From contig OZ244744.1 of the NCBI GenBank assembly GCA_965219455.1, positions 1,504,001 to 1,568,000 of the forward strand: a stretch of 64,000 nt of DNA, written 5' to 3'. Each line of letters begins with the position of its first letter. Within the stretch, counting starts at the first letter, position 1. Shown one piece after another: positions 48,677-58,624 of this stretch. Made by a program: the position numbers and the translations under genes. The DNA is from Candidatus Latescibacterota bacterium (GTDB lineage Bacteria > Latescibacterota > UBA2968 > GCA-2709665). Below the pieces are notes generated by a model that did not search any database, was not told the origin of the DNA, and saw only the letters and a list, made by a program, of their open reading frames with translations.

Positions 48677-50104
48677 CTATTGCGTTATCGCGTACAGCGT
48701 ATTGCGGGTGCCAATGTAAAGCACCCCGTCTTCTGCGACCGGCGTGGTGTATACCGCGCTGCCCATATTGATTTCGTTGATCTTCTCGAACGCTGCCGAG
48801 GCCTTGAAGATCATTACGTCGCCGTCTTCATCGCCAATGTATACCTTGCCATCGACCACAAAGGGCGACCCCCAGATGGCGGCGTAGGCATCGTAGGTCC
48901 AGTGCGGCTTTCCTGTCTTCAGGTCAAGACAATAGACGAATCCGCTCAGGTCCGCCGCATACAGCAACCCATCCTGTATGGCAACCGTCGACATGGTCCG
49001 GTTAAAATCCTTGTCTCCCAGATGCCAGACAACGTGGGTGCCCGTTACGTCCCCTTTTCCAGTCGCGTCAATCGCCCACAGATGACCCACTCCTTCGCCG
49101 TGTTCGGGATCCTGTCCCACACCGATATAGACCTTGTTGTCGTAGATCACCGGCGTGGCGATTACCGCGTTGCGTGTGCCGCGTCCGCCTAGCTCCCACT
49201 CCGAATCCTTCGGATTGCAATCGAACTTCCAGATCAATTCGCCCGTCTTCGGCGCCACGGCATAAATCCATCCGTCCCCTCCCGGCAAGACAACCTGGGG
49301 TTCTCCGTTGATCATTCCATACGTCGGGTTCGACCACTGCCCATGCAGGATGTTCGTGCCGGGATAGGCCTTCTCCCAGACAAGTTCCCCGGTTTTCAGG
49401 CTGAGGGCGATAAAACTGGGCGCGAGCGGTGAAGGGATGGCGACGTGGCCTTCATCCACGCCGTTGCTGGTAATCACGAATAGCATGCCGTCCGCTCCGA
49501 CAGGCGAACAGGTGGCCAGATTGTGCGGGAAGACATCCAATTCTTCCATCATGTCGAATTCCCAGACAATATCCACGCCAACCTTCCCGGTTACGTCTTC
49601 GCCCTGATACGGCCCGTCGTTTTCCGAGTCCAGAAACCCCTCCGTATCCGCGCAGACCACGCGCCCCTGGTTGGAAACATAGTACAGACGCTGGTCCTGG
49701 ACAAATGGCGTGGAGCAGACCCCCTGCAGCGGCCAGTCGTTCACCCTTCCAGCCGGCAGCTTCGGATGGGCCGCCTGCCACAGAAACTTACCGTCGGATT
49801 CCCGGAATGCCATCACCACGCCGCGGTCGCCCTTGATATCGGGATTGCGTTCGCCGCGGTTGTTCGTCCCCATAAACACCTTGCCGCCCAGCAGTACGGG
49901 CCCGGCGTACGACTGGGAGCCGAGAGCGGCCTTCCACTTGATATTCTCGCCGGTGATCGGATTCCAATCCGTTGGCAGGTTCTTTTCATCCGATACCTGG
50001 TTTCGCGAGGGCGTGAATCCCCACATCGCGGTCTCCTGCGCGCGTGCGTCCGAAACCGCCCAGATCACAATCATAGCGCCGCATACAACCCATCTCGATT
50101 TCAT
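48677..50104 (-). CDS. Secreted PQQ-like beta-propeller protein
   Basis: Signal peptide; repeated D..TG...W units. Confidence 0.85.
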   Translation of the reverse strand: MKSRWVVCGAMIVIWAVSDARAQETAMWGFTPSRNQVSDEKNLPTDWNPITGENIKWKAALGSQSYAGPVLLGGKVFMGTNNRGERNPDIKGDRGVVMAFRESDGKFLWQAAHPKLPAGRVNDWPLQGVCSTPFVQDQRLYYVSNQGRVVCADTEGFLDSENDGPYQGEDVTGKVGVDIVWEFDMMEELDVFPHNLATCSPVGADGMLFVITSNGVDEGHVAIPSPLAPSFIALSLKTGELVWEKAYPGTNILHGQWSNPTYGMINGEPQVVLPGGDGWIYAVAPKTGELIWKFDCNPKDSEWELGGRGTRNAVIATPVIYDNKVYIGVGQDPEHGEGVGHLWAIDATGKGDVTGTHVVWHLGDKDFNRTMSTVAIQDGLLYAADLSGFVYCLDLKTGKPHWTYDAYAAIWGSPFVVDGKVYIGDEDGDVMIFKASAAFEKINEINMGSAVYTTPVAEDGVLYIGTRNTLYAITQ

Positions 50105-50147
50105 TGGTGTCTTACTCTCCCGGAGTCTGCGTTCGATGTTGGAACCT

Positions 50148-52322
50148 TCAATACACGCTCACATTGTCATAATAGATGTTCGCCGGCGAGTACCCGTAAA
50201 GTCCCGGGCTGCCTTCCCGTATGGGCAGCGGATCCTCCGCCTCGATCGTCCAGGCGTCGGGCTCCGGGTCGCCCCGTTTCCACACTTTGCCGCGGACCAC
50301 GGCCCGACCGCCCACGATATCCACCCTCATCTTCATCGTATACCAGACGTCGGGATCCCATGCGAAGTCCACGCGTTTTGCCATCCGCAGATCCGAGGAC
50401 CAGGACCGGACCTCCAGCCGCTGGTAAGCGCCCTGCAGGTCCAGGATGTATCGGTGCGCGATCAGGCCCACGTCCGGACGCCAGCGCCTGCGCCTGCCCC
50501 CCATCAGATCGGCCTGGAGGGTATATCCCTTCATATCGGGCGGACCAATGTACAGATTGGACCGGTCCAGTCCGCGCGCCGCGGGCGGCTTCACCAGAAC
50601 CCTGTTTCCATCCTGCTCCTCAACCCTGAACCCCCTGCCACCCCACACCCAGTGGCGCGGATTCTTGCCAGCAGGGATCCCCTCAAAGTCCTCCGTCCAG
50701 GGCGGATCGGGGACCACCCGCACCCACGCCCTTGCGGTCAGCCCCCCGGAGGTGGCAACCACCCACCCGGCCTGTCCGTGTTTCGCCGGTGTAAACCGTT
50801 CGTTCTTGACCCGCCCGGCCAGGCCTTCGAGGGACCATTCCACTTGCACCTCCCCGATCAACCGCCCCCGCTCGTCGTACGCCCGGGCGCTCAGCGGCAG
50901 CGCCTCGTCCGACGCCAGTGTTTTCTCGGCCGGCACGACCAGAAGCGAGGCTGGTTGGACGCCTGACGGTGCGCGCGGGTGCCCCACAAACGGCGTGGGC
51001 GTGGGCGTGAACGCCGCGTCCCTGTCTCCCAGGCAGAACAGTCCCGCCTCGGTTGCGAAGTAGACCCGGCCGTATGCGACGGCCACCGAACCGTAGATTT
51101 CCGCGAGCCTCCCGCCGGGCATCGTAATCTTCTTCTCGTCCAGCGCCTGCGCGCCCGCGTCCCCCACCTTGAGAATCCGGACTCCGCCGTTGACTTCCGT
51201 GACGTACAATTTGCCGTCGGCCCACGTGGGTGAGCCCTTGCCCACCGTGCCGATATTCTGCTCCCAGTTTTTTTGCCCGGTCTGGGCGTCCAGGCAGTGT
51301 ACGTTCGCCGAATTGTCAATAACGTACAGGCGCCCCGCGTGAAGGGCGGGGGAAGCATACCCCGCCGCGATCCCGTCCTGGCGCCAGATCTCCTTTCCCG
51401 TGCCCGCGTCGATGCATACCACCCGACCCATCGTGGTATTGTCCACGTTTTCTTCGCTGTGGGTCGCGTACACCCGATTGTTACCCGCAACCGGAGAGGT
51501 GTTGATACCCCGCTTGCTCAGCGGGAACCCCCATACCACTTCCCCCGTCCCGGCCTTGAAGGCAAAAACACCTCCGTTTCCGTTGCCGGCGATCAACAAC
51601 CGCTGGCCGTCGACGGTCGCGGATATCGGCGTGGAATATACGGTCAGGTCGGCCTGCCCGCCCCCACCCGGGCGCGCCATCCAAGCGGTCTCTCCAGTCC
51701 GCTTGTCGAAGGCCATGTACCGGTGGGAGGGCGGGCGGTCCGCCCAGCCCCGGTTGCCCATGCTGATAACAACCAGGTCTCCGTCTACCACGGGCGTATG
51801 CAACCGGCCTCCGTAGCCCGAAAACCTGTTGAATTCCTCGGTCAACGACCGGGTCCACAGAATCCGGCCATCACGGTCGAAACACAACAGCAGACCGTTT
51901 ACGAGGTGCACGTACACATTGCCGGTTTCCCCGTCGGCGCCCGGATTCGCCCAGCCCAGGCGGTTGAACGTGATGGTGGAATGCCATACATTGAACTTGT
52001 GCTCCCATACCAGCCTACCGTCTTGCGCGTCAAAACAGGCAACGTGTTCCTGTCTGGTCACGCCTTCGCCGGTTCTTCCGATCACATATACGCGCCCGTT
52101 CAGAATCACCGGCGTGGACCGGCCGATAAACTCCGACCGCCAGACCAGATTCTCTCCATCCGGAGTCCAACCGGAGATCAGGCCGCTCTGCGATGAAGCA
52201 CCGGTCTGCATCGGACCGCGCCAGTGCGTCCAGTCCGATGCCGTGGAAATATTCGACGATACGACCTGAAGGCCACCGATCAGGCAGGCCGCAAGGATGC
52301 GAGGTTTCAGCCACCTTTTCAT
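50148..52322 (-). CDS. Secreted PQQ-like beta-propeller protein with C-terminal beta-sandwich
   Basis: DWTHWRGP; repeated D..TG...W units. Confidence 0.85.
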   Translation of the reverse strand: MKRWLKPRILAACLIGGLQVVSSNISTASDWTHWRGPMQTGASSQSGLISGWTPDGENLVWRSEFIGRSTPVILNGRVYVIGRTGEGVTRQEHVACFDAQDGRLVWEHKFNVWHSTITFNRLGWANPGADGETGNVYVHLVNGLLLCFDRDGRILWTRSLTEEFNRFSGYGGRLHTPVVDGDLVVISMGNRGWADRPPSHRYMAFDKRTGETAWMARPGGGGQADLTVYSTPISATVDGQRLLIAGNGNGGVFAFKAGTGEVVWGFPLSKRGINTSPVAGNNRVYATHSEENVDNTTMGRVVCIDAGTGKEIWRQDGIAAGYASPALHAGRLYVIDNSANVHCLDAQTGQKNWEQNIGTVGKGSPTWADGKLYVTEVNGGVRILKVGDAGAQALDEKKITMPGGRLAEIYGSVAVAYGRVYFATEAGLFCLGDRDAAFTPTPTPFVGHPRAPSGVQPASLLVVPAEKTLASDEALPLSARAYDERGRLIGEVQVEWSLEGLAGRVKNERFTPAKHGQAGWVVATSGGLTARAWVRVVPDPPWTEDFEGIPAGKNPRHWVWGGRGFRVEEQDGNRVLVKPPAARGLDRSNLYIGPPDMKGYTLQADLMGGRRRRWRPDVGLIAHRYILDLQGAYQRLEVRSWSSDLRMAKRVDFAWDPDVWYTMKMRVDIVGGRAVVRGKVWKRGDPEPDAWTIEAEDPLPIREGSPGLYGYSPANIYYDNVSVY

Positions 52323-52373
52323 AAGCACAATGCCCCTATGGTTCTGTCCCGGAAAACTGTCACCATTATTCCG

Positions 52374-52409
52374 CCTGCCTGCGAAGGTGAGACAGCACGC
52401 ACAGGCAGG
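52374..52409. repeat. 36-bp palindromic element CCTGCCTGCG..CGCACAGGCAGG
   Basis: Its reverse complement shares CCTGCCTGTGCGTG with 25650..25682. Confidence 0.6.
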
Positions 52410-52499
52410 CCGATTCATCACGTCTCGGTCCCTTGTTTACACTGAGCCTGTCGAAGCGAGCCTGTCGATACGCGCTCGCCGGCGTGGCGCAGAACACAC

Positions 52500-52964
52500 T
52501 TACCGAAATGCGCCTTCCGCAATATCCGATTCCCCCACAAACTGCTTGAGATGCTCTATTGCCCTTGCCAGATCGCTCCTGACCCACGGATCTCTCTCTG
52601 TCCGCATCGCCAGTTCCAGAACGGCAATAGCCTCCGGCTGTTCGATATGCATAATCGCGACCACCGCCTGCTGGCGCAATCGGCGGCTTCTGTCTGTAAG
52701 GAAATGCAACAGATCGGGCAGCGCTTCGCTGGCGCCCAGCATCCCCAGCGCCCATATCGCTTTGGCGCGCACCTCGGGTACCGTATCCCTCAGCGCCTGG
52801 CGCAAATGGGGAACCGCCCCGACCACGCGACGCGCGCCCAGATAGGCCGCGGCATCCTCGCGTTCCTGCGCCGTACCCCATCGAAGCCGTGTAAAATGAT
52901 CGCTGTCGCCGCCGCAACACGGCAACCCGATCGAAAATAGAAGAATAACACTCAGGCTGCGCAT
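52500..52964 (-). CDS. HEAT-repeat protein (possible lipoprotein)
   Basis: [23 protein letters not shown] repeats; hydrophobic N-terminus with Cys. Confidence 0.8.
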   Translation of the reverse strand: MRSLSVILLFSIGLPCCGGDSDHFTRLRWGTAQEREDAAAYLGARRVVGAVPHLRQALRDTVPEVRAKAIWALGMLGASEALPDLLHFLTDRSRRLRQQAVVAIMHIEQPEAIAVLELAMRTERDPWVRSDLARAIEHLKQFVGESDIAEGAFR

Positions 52965-54241
52965 TCTTTCAGGGCCGTGTATTGCGCTTTAACCGTCCGG
53001 TCGATATCCGCATCGGTATGCGCCAGAGAAACAAACGTCGCTTCAAACTGGGAAGGCGCCAGATACACGCCCTGTTCCAGCATCAGCCGGAAGTAACGTG
53101 CGAAGGCATCCTGGTCGGATGCCACGGCGGCTTCGTATCGTGTAGGAGGACGATCCGTAAAAAACAGGGTCATCATGGAACCGACCCGGTTCAGGCGAAA
53201 CGGCAACCCGAGCGACTTCAGGTTCTCCCGGAAACCGGCTTCCAGCGCGGCGGCTTTGCCCTCGAGCGCCTCATACGCGCCCGGTTCCCGGAGTTGCCTG
53301 AGCGTTTCGTAACCGGCCGTCATCGCAAGGGGATTTCCGGAAAGCGTCCCGGCCTGCGACACTCCTTTTCCAAGTGGCGATATATGCGACATGATCTCCC
53401 GGCTGCCGCCGAATGCACCCACCGGCAACCCTCCGCCGATTATTTTGCCGAGCGTGGTCAGATCGGGTGTGATCCCGTAAAGCGCCTGCGCGCCGCCCGG
53501 ATGAACCCGGAATCCGGTAATTACTTCATCGAAAATCAGCACAATGCCCGACCTGGCGGTGAGTTCGCGCAACCCTTCGAGGAATCCCCCGGCCGGCGGA
53601 ATCACGCCCATATTGCCAGCCACAGGCTCCACGATGATCGCCGCGATTTCGTCCGTGTTCTCCGCTACAATTCGCTGTACCGCCTCCAGATCGTTGTAGG
53701 GCGCGGTGACGGTTCCCTCGGCCGTGCCGGCGGTCACGCCGGGGCTGCTGGGCACCCCCATGGTGAGCGCGGACGACCCCGCCCGGATCAGGAAACTGTC
53801 CGCGTGCCCGTGCCAGCACCCCTCGAACTTGATCACCTTCTCGCGGCCGGTATATCCCCTCGCCAGGCGCACGGCGGACATTGTGGCCTCCGTGCCCGAG
53901 TTCACCATCCGCACCATTTCCACACCGGGCACGAGGTCGGTGACCAGCCTGGCCATTTTGACTTCGATTTCCGTGGGCGCCCCGAAACTGGTTCCCTGCT
54001 CGCAGATCCGCTTGAGCGCCTCAACCACGCGTGGAGGCGCATGACCCAGAATCAACGGACCCCACGAGCAGACGTAGTCGATATACTCCCGTCCGTCCGC
54101 GTCGTACACCTTCGAGCCGCGTCCTCGCGTTATGAAAAGCGGCTGGCCGCCCACCGGGCCGAACGCCCGCGCCGGGCTGTTCACCCCGCCCGGAATCACC
54201 CGTTGCGCCGCTTCGAATAACTCTCCCGAACGGTTGTTCAC
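52952..54241 (-). CDS. hemL: Glutamate-1-semialdehyde 2,1-aminomutase
   Basis: [47 protein letters not shown]. Confidence 0.97.
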   Translation of the reverse strand: MNNRSGELFEAAQRVIPGGVNSPARAFGPVGGQPLFITRGRGSKVYDADGREYIDYVCSWGPLILGHAPPRVVEALKRICEQGTSFGAPTEIEVKMARLVTDLVPGVEMVRMVNSGTEATMSAVRLARGYTGREKVIKFEGCWHGHADSFLIRAGSSALTMGVPSSPGVTAGTAEGTVTAPYNDLEAVQRIVAENTDEIAAIIVEPVAGNMGVIPPAGGFLEGLRELTARSGIVLIFDEVITGFRVHPGGAQALYGITPDLTTLGKIIGGGLPVGAFGGSREIMSHISPLGKGVSQAGTLSGNPLAMTAGYETLRQLREPGAYEALEGKAAALEAGFRENLKSLGLPFRLNRVGSMMTLFFTDRPPTRYEAAVASDQDAFARYFRLMLEQGVYLAPSQFEATFVSLAHTDADIDRTVKAQYTALKECAA

Positions 54242-54302
54242 AAAACACCCCCCGATGCAACGGCCGTTGTGTGATTTAACGACAGTCGATGCCAGCCCTT
54301 AA

Positions 54303-54461
54303 CAGCCCGTTGAAACAGTCCATCCGGGCTGCGTCCGGCCCTTGTGGTCGAATTACTGCGTTGCACTCCCTCCCCGAATCTCCGATTCGACGCGGTCGCG
54401 CGCCTTGTCTTCGGCCACAATGACTCGGCCTCGCCTGCAGAGCGACTTTTTCAACGGACTG
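54303..54461. mobile_element. 159-bp MITE, family A copy 2
   Basis: TIRs CAGCCCGTTGAAACAG / CTTTTTCAACGGACTG with a perfect TTAA target duplication. Confidence 0.88.
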
Positions 54462-54508
54462 TTAATTATTGGATTTTGTCATTCATTGTCAAGTGGCGAT
54501 TATTGGGC

Positions 54509-54536
54509 TTGCAACGGCGCCGACGAAACGTATATT
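54509..54536 (+). promoter_or_regulatory. Putative promoter of the tRNA gene
   Basis: TTGCAA-16-TATATT, 14 nt before the tRNA 5' end. Confidence 0.55.
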
Positions 54537-54550
54537 TGTCCAACGCCTTC

Positions 54551-54793
54551 GCGGCAGTAGCTCAGAAGCTGTTTTAAAATTCCCGGTGAGTTCCCGAGCG
54601 CGAGCGAAAAGGTGTCGGTCAAGGCGGGCGAATTCGCCCCTATCTCAAAGATAAGGGTGGATTTGACCAACGCAGACCGAGGGGTTTGCAGCCGCGCGAA
54701 GACCGCCGGGGGTTTTAAGACAGCTTCTCAATAGGATAGAGCATCTGGCTTCGGACCAGACGATTGGGGGTTCGAGTCCTCTCTGCCGCACCA
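54551..54793 (+). tRNA. tRNA-Arg(UCG) interrupted in the D-arm by a MITE (segments 54551..54564 and 54731..54793)
   Basis: The joined segments give a 77-nt cloverleaf: acceptor GCGGCAG/CTGCCGC, D stem GCTC/GAGC, anticodon stem TCTGG/CCAGA with TCG at 54751..54753, TTCGAGT T-loop, ACCA end. Confidence 0.9.
54565..54727. mobile_element. 163-bp MITE, family B, inserted in tRNA-Arg
   Basis: TIR GAAGCTGTTTTAAAATTCCCGG / CCGGGGGTTTTAAGACAGCTTC (19/22); TCA duplicated at 54562..54564 and 54728..54730. Confidence 0.9.
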
Positions 54794-54841
54794 TCCAAAA
54801 CCCCGGTCACCTGATCGCGGTTTTGCCTCCCCGATCTTTAC

Positions 54842-57613
54842 ATGCCGCTTACCCACGACGCCATCCGAATCCGGGGCGCCCGCCAGCATAACCTGCGGAG
54901 CCTCGATCTCGACATTCCCAAAAACCGGTTTGTGGTCATCACGGGGCCATCCGGCTCCGGGAAATCCTCGCTTGCGTTCGACACCATCTACGCTGAAGGA
55001 CAGCGCAGGTACGTGGAGGCGATGTCCGCACACGCGCGCCGTTTCCTGGAGGTGATGGAGAGACCCGACGTGGACGGCATCGACGGCCTCTCTCCCGCCG
55101 TGGCGATTCAACAGCGCCGGGCCTCGGGAAATTCCAGGTCGACGGTTGGAACCCTCACGGAGATCCACGACCATCTCAGGATCCTGTTTGCCCGGGCCGG
55201 TCTGCCGCATTGCCCGGAATGCGACAAACCCATTTCGTGCCAGACCGTTGGCGAAATCGTTGACACCGTGCGCGCCCAGCCCGACGGTACGCGGCTCAGG
55301 ATCCTGGCGCCACGGGTCCGGAACCGGAAAGTTGCGTTCGACGAGGAACTGGAACGTCTGCGGCGCGACGGGTACGTGCGCGTGCGAATTGACGGGCGCG
55401 ACCGTTCGCTGGACGAAGAGATTCGCCTGGATCCCACTCTGCCGCACACCGTCGACGCCGTTGTGGACCGGCTGGTCGTCCGTCCGAAAATTGAACGCCG
55501 GCTGGCCGACTCGCTGGAAACCGCGTTAGCCCTCAGCGGCGGCGGCGTTTTTGTGGATATCCTCGAAGGACCGGAGTTGAGCTTTTCCACGCAATTCATC
55601 TGCAGAAACTGCGACGTCGGCTTTGAAGAATTGACGCCGCGTCTGTTCTCGTTCAACAGCCCGTACGGCGCCTGTCCGGCCTGTAACGGAGTGGGCGTGA
55701 GGACCGAAATCGATCCTGACCGGGTCGTTCCGGACACAAACCGATCCATTGCCGAGGGCGCGATCGCACCCTGGGGCGTCCCCAGAGGCCGTGCGGCGCT
55801 CGATCTGCTCCAGCGTCTCGCGAACCGATATCGTTTCGATCTCGCCGCACCATTCGGTTCCCTTTCACCCAGAGTGAGGGAGGCCATTCTGTGGGGCGAC
55901 AAATCCCTCCAATTCGACGGCGTGATCCCGCTCCTCAACAGGCGGGTTGCGGATACCGCGTCGGACGAAGGCGGATCCAGGCTGGACTCGTACGTCCGCA
56001 CGGTCGACTGCTCCGACTGCGCCGGCGCCAGGTTGCGAAAGGAGGCCCTGGCGGTCAGAATCGCCGGCAGGAACATCGCGCAGTTTGCTGCGATGAATAT
56101 CCACGTGGCCTGCGATTTCGTCGATAGCCTGAAGGGAAGGCTGGACCCTCCGGAGGTCGTTGCGCCGATTCTTCATGAAATACGCAACCGGCTTGCCTTC
56201 CTGAGGGACGTGGGCGTGGGGTATCTCACCCTGGAACGAAACGTGGCATCGCTCTCCGGCGGCGAGACGCAGCGTATCCGCATGGCCACGCAGATCGGCG
56301 CGCGCCTGTCGGGGGTACTCTACGTCCTGGACGAACCCAGTGTCGGTTTGCACCCCCGAGACAACCGTAAACTCATCCATACGCTTCACACGCTCCGCGA
56401 CCTTGGTAATACCGTTCTGGTCGTGGAGCATGATCGGGAAACCATGCTGGCCGCGGACCATCTGATCGACCTCGGACCGGGAGCGGGCGAGCAGGGCGGC
56501 GAACTTATGGCCCAGGGCACCGCTCAGGAAATTATCGCGGCCGGGGAAAGCCTCACGGGCGCGTACCTCTCCGGCCGGAAGACCATCCCCCCGCCTCCCG
56601 ACAGACGGCAACCCACCGGCCGAATGGTATTGAAGGGCGCGCGAGGGCACAATCTCAAGTCCATTGACGTCGCCCTCCCACTGGGCATTTTTGTCTGCGT
56701 CACCGGTGTGTCCGGATCCGGCAAGAGCACACTGATCAACCGGACACTGTATCCGGCCCTGGCGAACAGGCTGCACAACGCCACCGCCGCACCGCTTGAA
56801 CACGACGGTATCGATGGCCTGTCACAAATCGACAAAATCATTCGAATCGATCAGGCGCCGATCGGGCGGACTCCCAGATCTAACCCGGCCACATACACAG
56901 ACCTCTTTACGGATATCCGCGAACTCTACGCGCAGCTGCCCGAATCCAGGGTTCGGGGCTATACAGCCGGGCGATTCAGCTTCAACCTGAAGGGCGGGCG
57001 TTGCGAGCCCTGCCAGGGCGACGGCCTGCGTCGGATCGAAATGCACTTCCTTCCGGATGTCTACGTGACCTGCGATGCCTGCGGCGGAAGCCGGTACAAC
57101 AGGGAGACCCTGGAAATCCGTTACAAGGGCTGTTCCATCGCCGACGTCCTGAACATGACGACGGAGAGGGCGCTCACCTTCTTCAGAGATATTCCGAGCG
57201 CACAGCGTAAACTGAAAACGCTTGCGGAGGTCGGCCTGGGTTATATCCGGCTGGGCCAATCCGCAACCGTCCTCTCCGGAGGCGAAGCGCAACGCATCAA
57301 ACTGGCCTCTGAACTTTCCCGTGTGGCAACCGGAAAAACCATGTATATTCTGGACGAACCGACAACCGGGCTGCACTTCGAGGACATCCGGTCGCTCATT
57401 TCCGTTCTGGACCGGCTGGTGGATAAGGGCAACTCCGTCGTTGTGATCGAACACAACCTGGATGTGGTCAAGCGGGCGGACTGGATTGTTGATCTCGGTC
57501 CCGGCGGTGGCGATTCCGGCGGCCGGGTCGTCGCCGAGGGGCCCCCGGAACGCGTTGCCGCGGCGCCGGCTTCCCACACAGGCCGCTTTCTCAAAGAGGT
57601 GATCGCACTATGA
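54842..57613 (+). CDS. uvrA: Excinuclease ABC subunit A
   Basis: GARQHNL, TGPSGSGKSSLAFDTIYAEGQRRY, two LSGGE signatures, zinc fingers, PIGRTPRSNPATY. Confidence 0.97.
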   Translation: MPLTHDAIRIRGARQHNLRSLDLDIPKNRFVVITGPSGSGKSSLAFDTIYAEGQRRYVEAMSAHARRFLEVMERPDVDGIDGLSPAVAIQQRRASGNSRSTVGTLTEIHDHLRILFARAGLPHCPECDKPISCQTVGEIVDTVRAQPDGTRLRILAPRVRNRKVAFDEELERLRRDGYVRVRIDGRDRSLDEEIRLDPTLPHTVDAVVDRLVVRPKIERRLADSLETALALSGGGVFVDILEGPELSFSTQFICRNCDVGFEELTPRLFSFNSPYGACPACNGVGVRTEIDPDRVVPDTNRSIAEGAIAPWGVPRGRAALDLLQRLANRYRFDLAAPFGSLSPRVREAILWGDKSLQFDGVIPLLNRRVADTASDEGGSRLDSYVRTVDCSDCAGARLRKEALAVRIAGRNIAQFAAMNIHVACDFVDSLKGRLDPPEVVAPILHEIRNRLAFLRDVGVGYLTLERNVASLSGGETQRIRMATQIGARLSGVLYVLDEPSVGLHPRDNRKLIHTLHTLRDLGNTVLVVEHDRETMLAADHLIDLGPGAGEQGGELMAQGTAQEIIAAGESLTGAYLSGRKTIPPPPDRRQPTGRMVLKGARGHNLKSIDVALPLGIFVCVTGVSGSGKSTLINRTLYPALANRLHNATAAPLEHDGIDGLSQIDKIIRIDQAPIGRTPRSNPATYTDLFTDIRELYAQLPESRVRGYTAGRFSFNLKGGRCEPCQGDGLRRIEMHFLPDVYVTCDACGGSRYNRETLEIRYKGCSIADVLNMTTERALTFFRDIPSAQRKLKTLAEVGLGYIRLGQSATVLSGGEAQRIKLASELSRVATGKTMYILDEPTTGLHFEDIRSLISVLDRLVDKGNSVVVIEHNLDVVKRADWIVDLGPGGGDSGGRVVAEGPPERVAAAPASHTGRFLKEVIAL

Positions 57614-58251
57614 TCCGCATCGACTTCGGCACCCTGTACGAATTTGAACGGGAAGACAACAATCGCCGGCGGGAAAACCGGAAAAAAATCCAGGACTTCC
57701 TCAGCCTGTGTGAAACCCACCAGGCCACCATCGTCGAACAGCGGGATTGGAATACGCGAGACCTCATCCACTTCCTGGGTATCTCGCCGGACCTGGTCTT
57801 CACCATTACGATATCGGAAAAATACCTGGGCGTACAAACCAGCCAGATTCGCGAGAAATTCCAGACATTCAAAGCCGATTACGTTTCCGTACCCGACAGG
57901 CACGCGGTGTCCGTCGAACAGCCTCCTGCGGACAAACTGGGCCTGCACGACGTGGTGAACTGCTCGGGGTGCGGGAAGACCACGCCCTACGACGGCTACT
58001 TTCAGCACTGTGTGCGCTGCGGCGAAAAGCTGGACACACTGGTGAAAACCTGCAAAACCTGTAACAACGGCGTCCTGTACCATCCCTCGTACGCCTGCTG
58101 CCCCATCTGCGGGAACGAACTGCAACCGGATTACGACAGCCCCCCACTGAACGAACTGGATCCCCACGGCCTGATCTGGGGCATCTCGAACAAAGAAGAA
58201 ACCGCCGAAGAAGGCGAAGACCTTTTCGGCGGCGGCGGCCCGCTTGGATAA
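57610..58251 (+). CDS. Hypothetical protein with double zinc ribbon
   Basis: CSGC, CVRC, CKTC, CPIC; ATGA overlap with uvrA. Confidence 0.75.
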   Translation: MIRIDFGTLYEFEREDNNRRRENRKKIQDFLSLCETHQATIVEQRDWNTRDLIHFLGISPDLVFTITISEKYLGVQTSQIREKFQTFKADYVSVPDRHAVSVEQPPADKLGLHDVVNCSGCGKTTPYDGYFQHCVRCGEKLDTLVKTCKTCNNGVLYHPSYACCPICGNELQPDYDSPPLNELDPHGLIWGISNKEETAEEGEDLFGGGGPLG

Positions 58252-58624
58252 GGAAAAACGGACCCCAATAATCCACCGAGAGCTTGCAAACGTCGAGGGC
58301 TTCAGAGAACCGTACAGTATGGGTTTTCACCAACTACAGGAGAAATCACGGCTGTAAATTGGCGATCGCGATTAATAGCCATCTGCCTAACGAGCTCTAC
58401 GAGGCATGCTTAACCCACGAACATAGCAACAGCATAACTACGCCCTGTACATATACGCATTGAGACAGGGCGTTCTGAGATCAAAAAGCGAATTCTGACG
58501 CTACCAATACAAAAACCGCTGTCCGCAACACATTTCTTCAGATTACAGTCGAAATAATACAATTCATGTTAATGATTCAGGATAGAACGCAATGGCCGGA
58601 AGTCGAATAGCCCCTTAGGAGCAC

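Noticed and set aside
43685-54220. Long plus-strand ORFs (43685..44881, 44878..46506, 49710..50966, 52982..54220) and similar antisense ORFs elsewhere
   Set aside because: Shadows of well-supported genes on the opposite strand in GC-rich DNA; no motifs.
54565-54727. Group I intron in the tRNA
   Set aside because: Too short, located in the D-arm rather than the anticodon loop, and has TIRs plus a target duplication typical of a MITE.
58440-58473. LexA box or ncRNA in the spacer before mod
   Set aside because: Only a 9-bp inverted repeat (ACGCCCTGT/ACAGGGCGT); it does not fit CTGT-N8-ACAG and has no other support.
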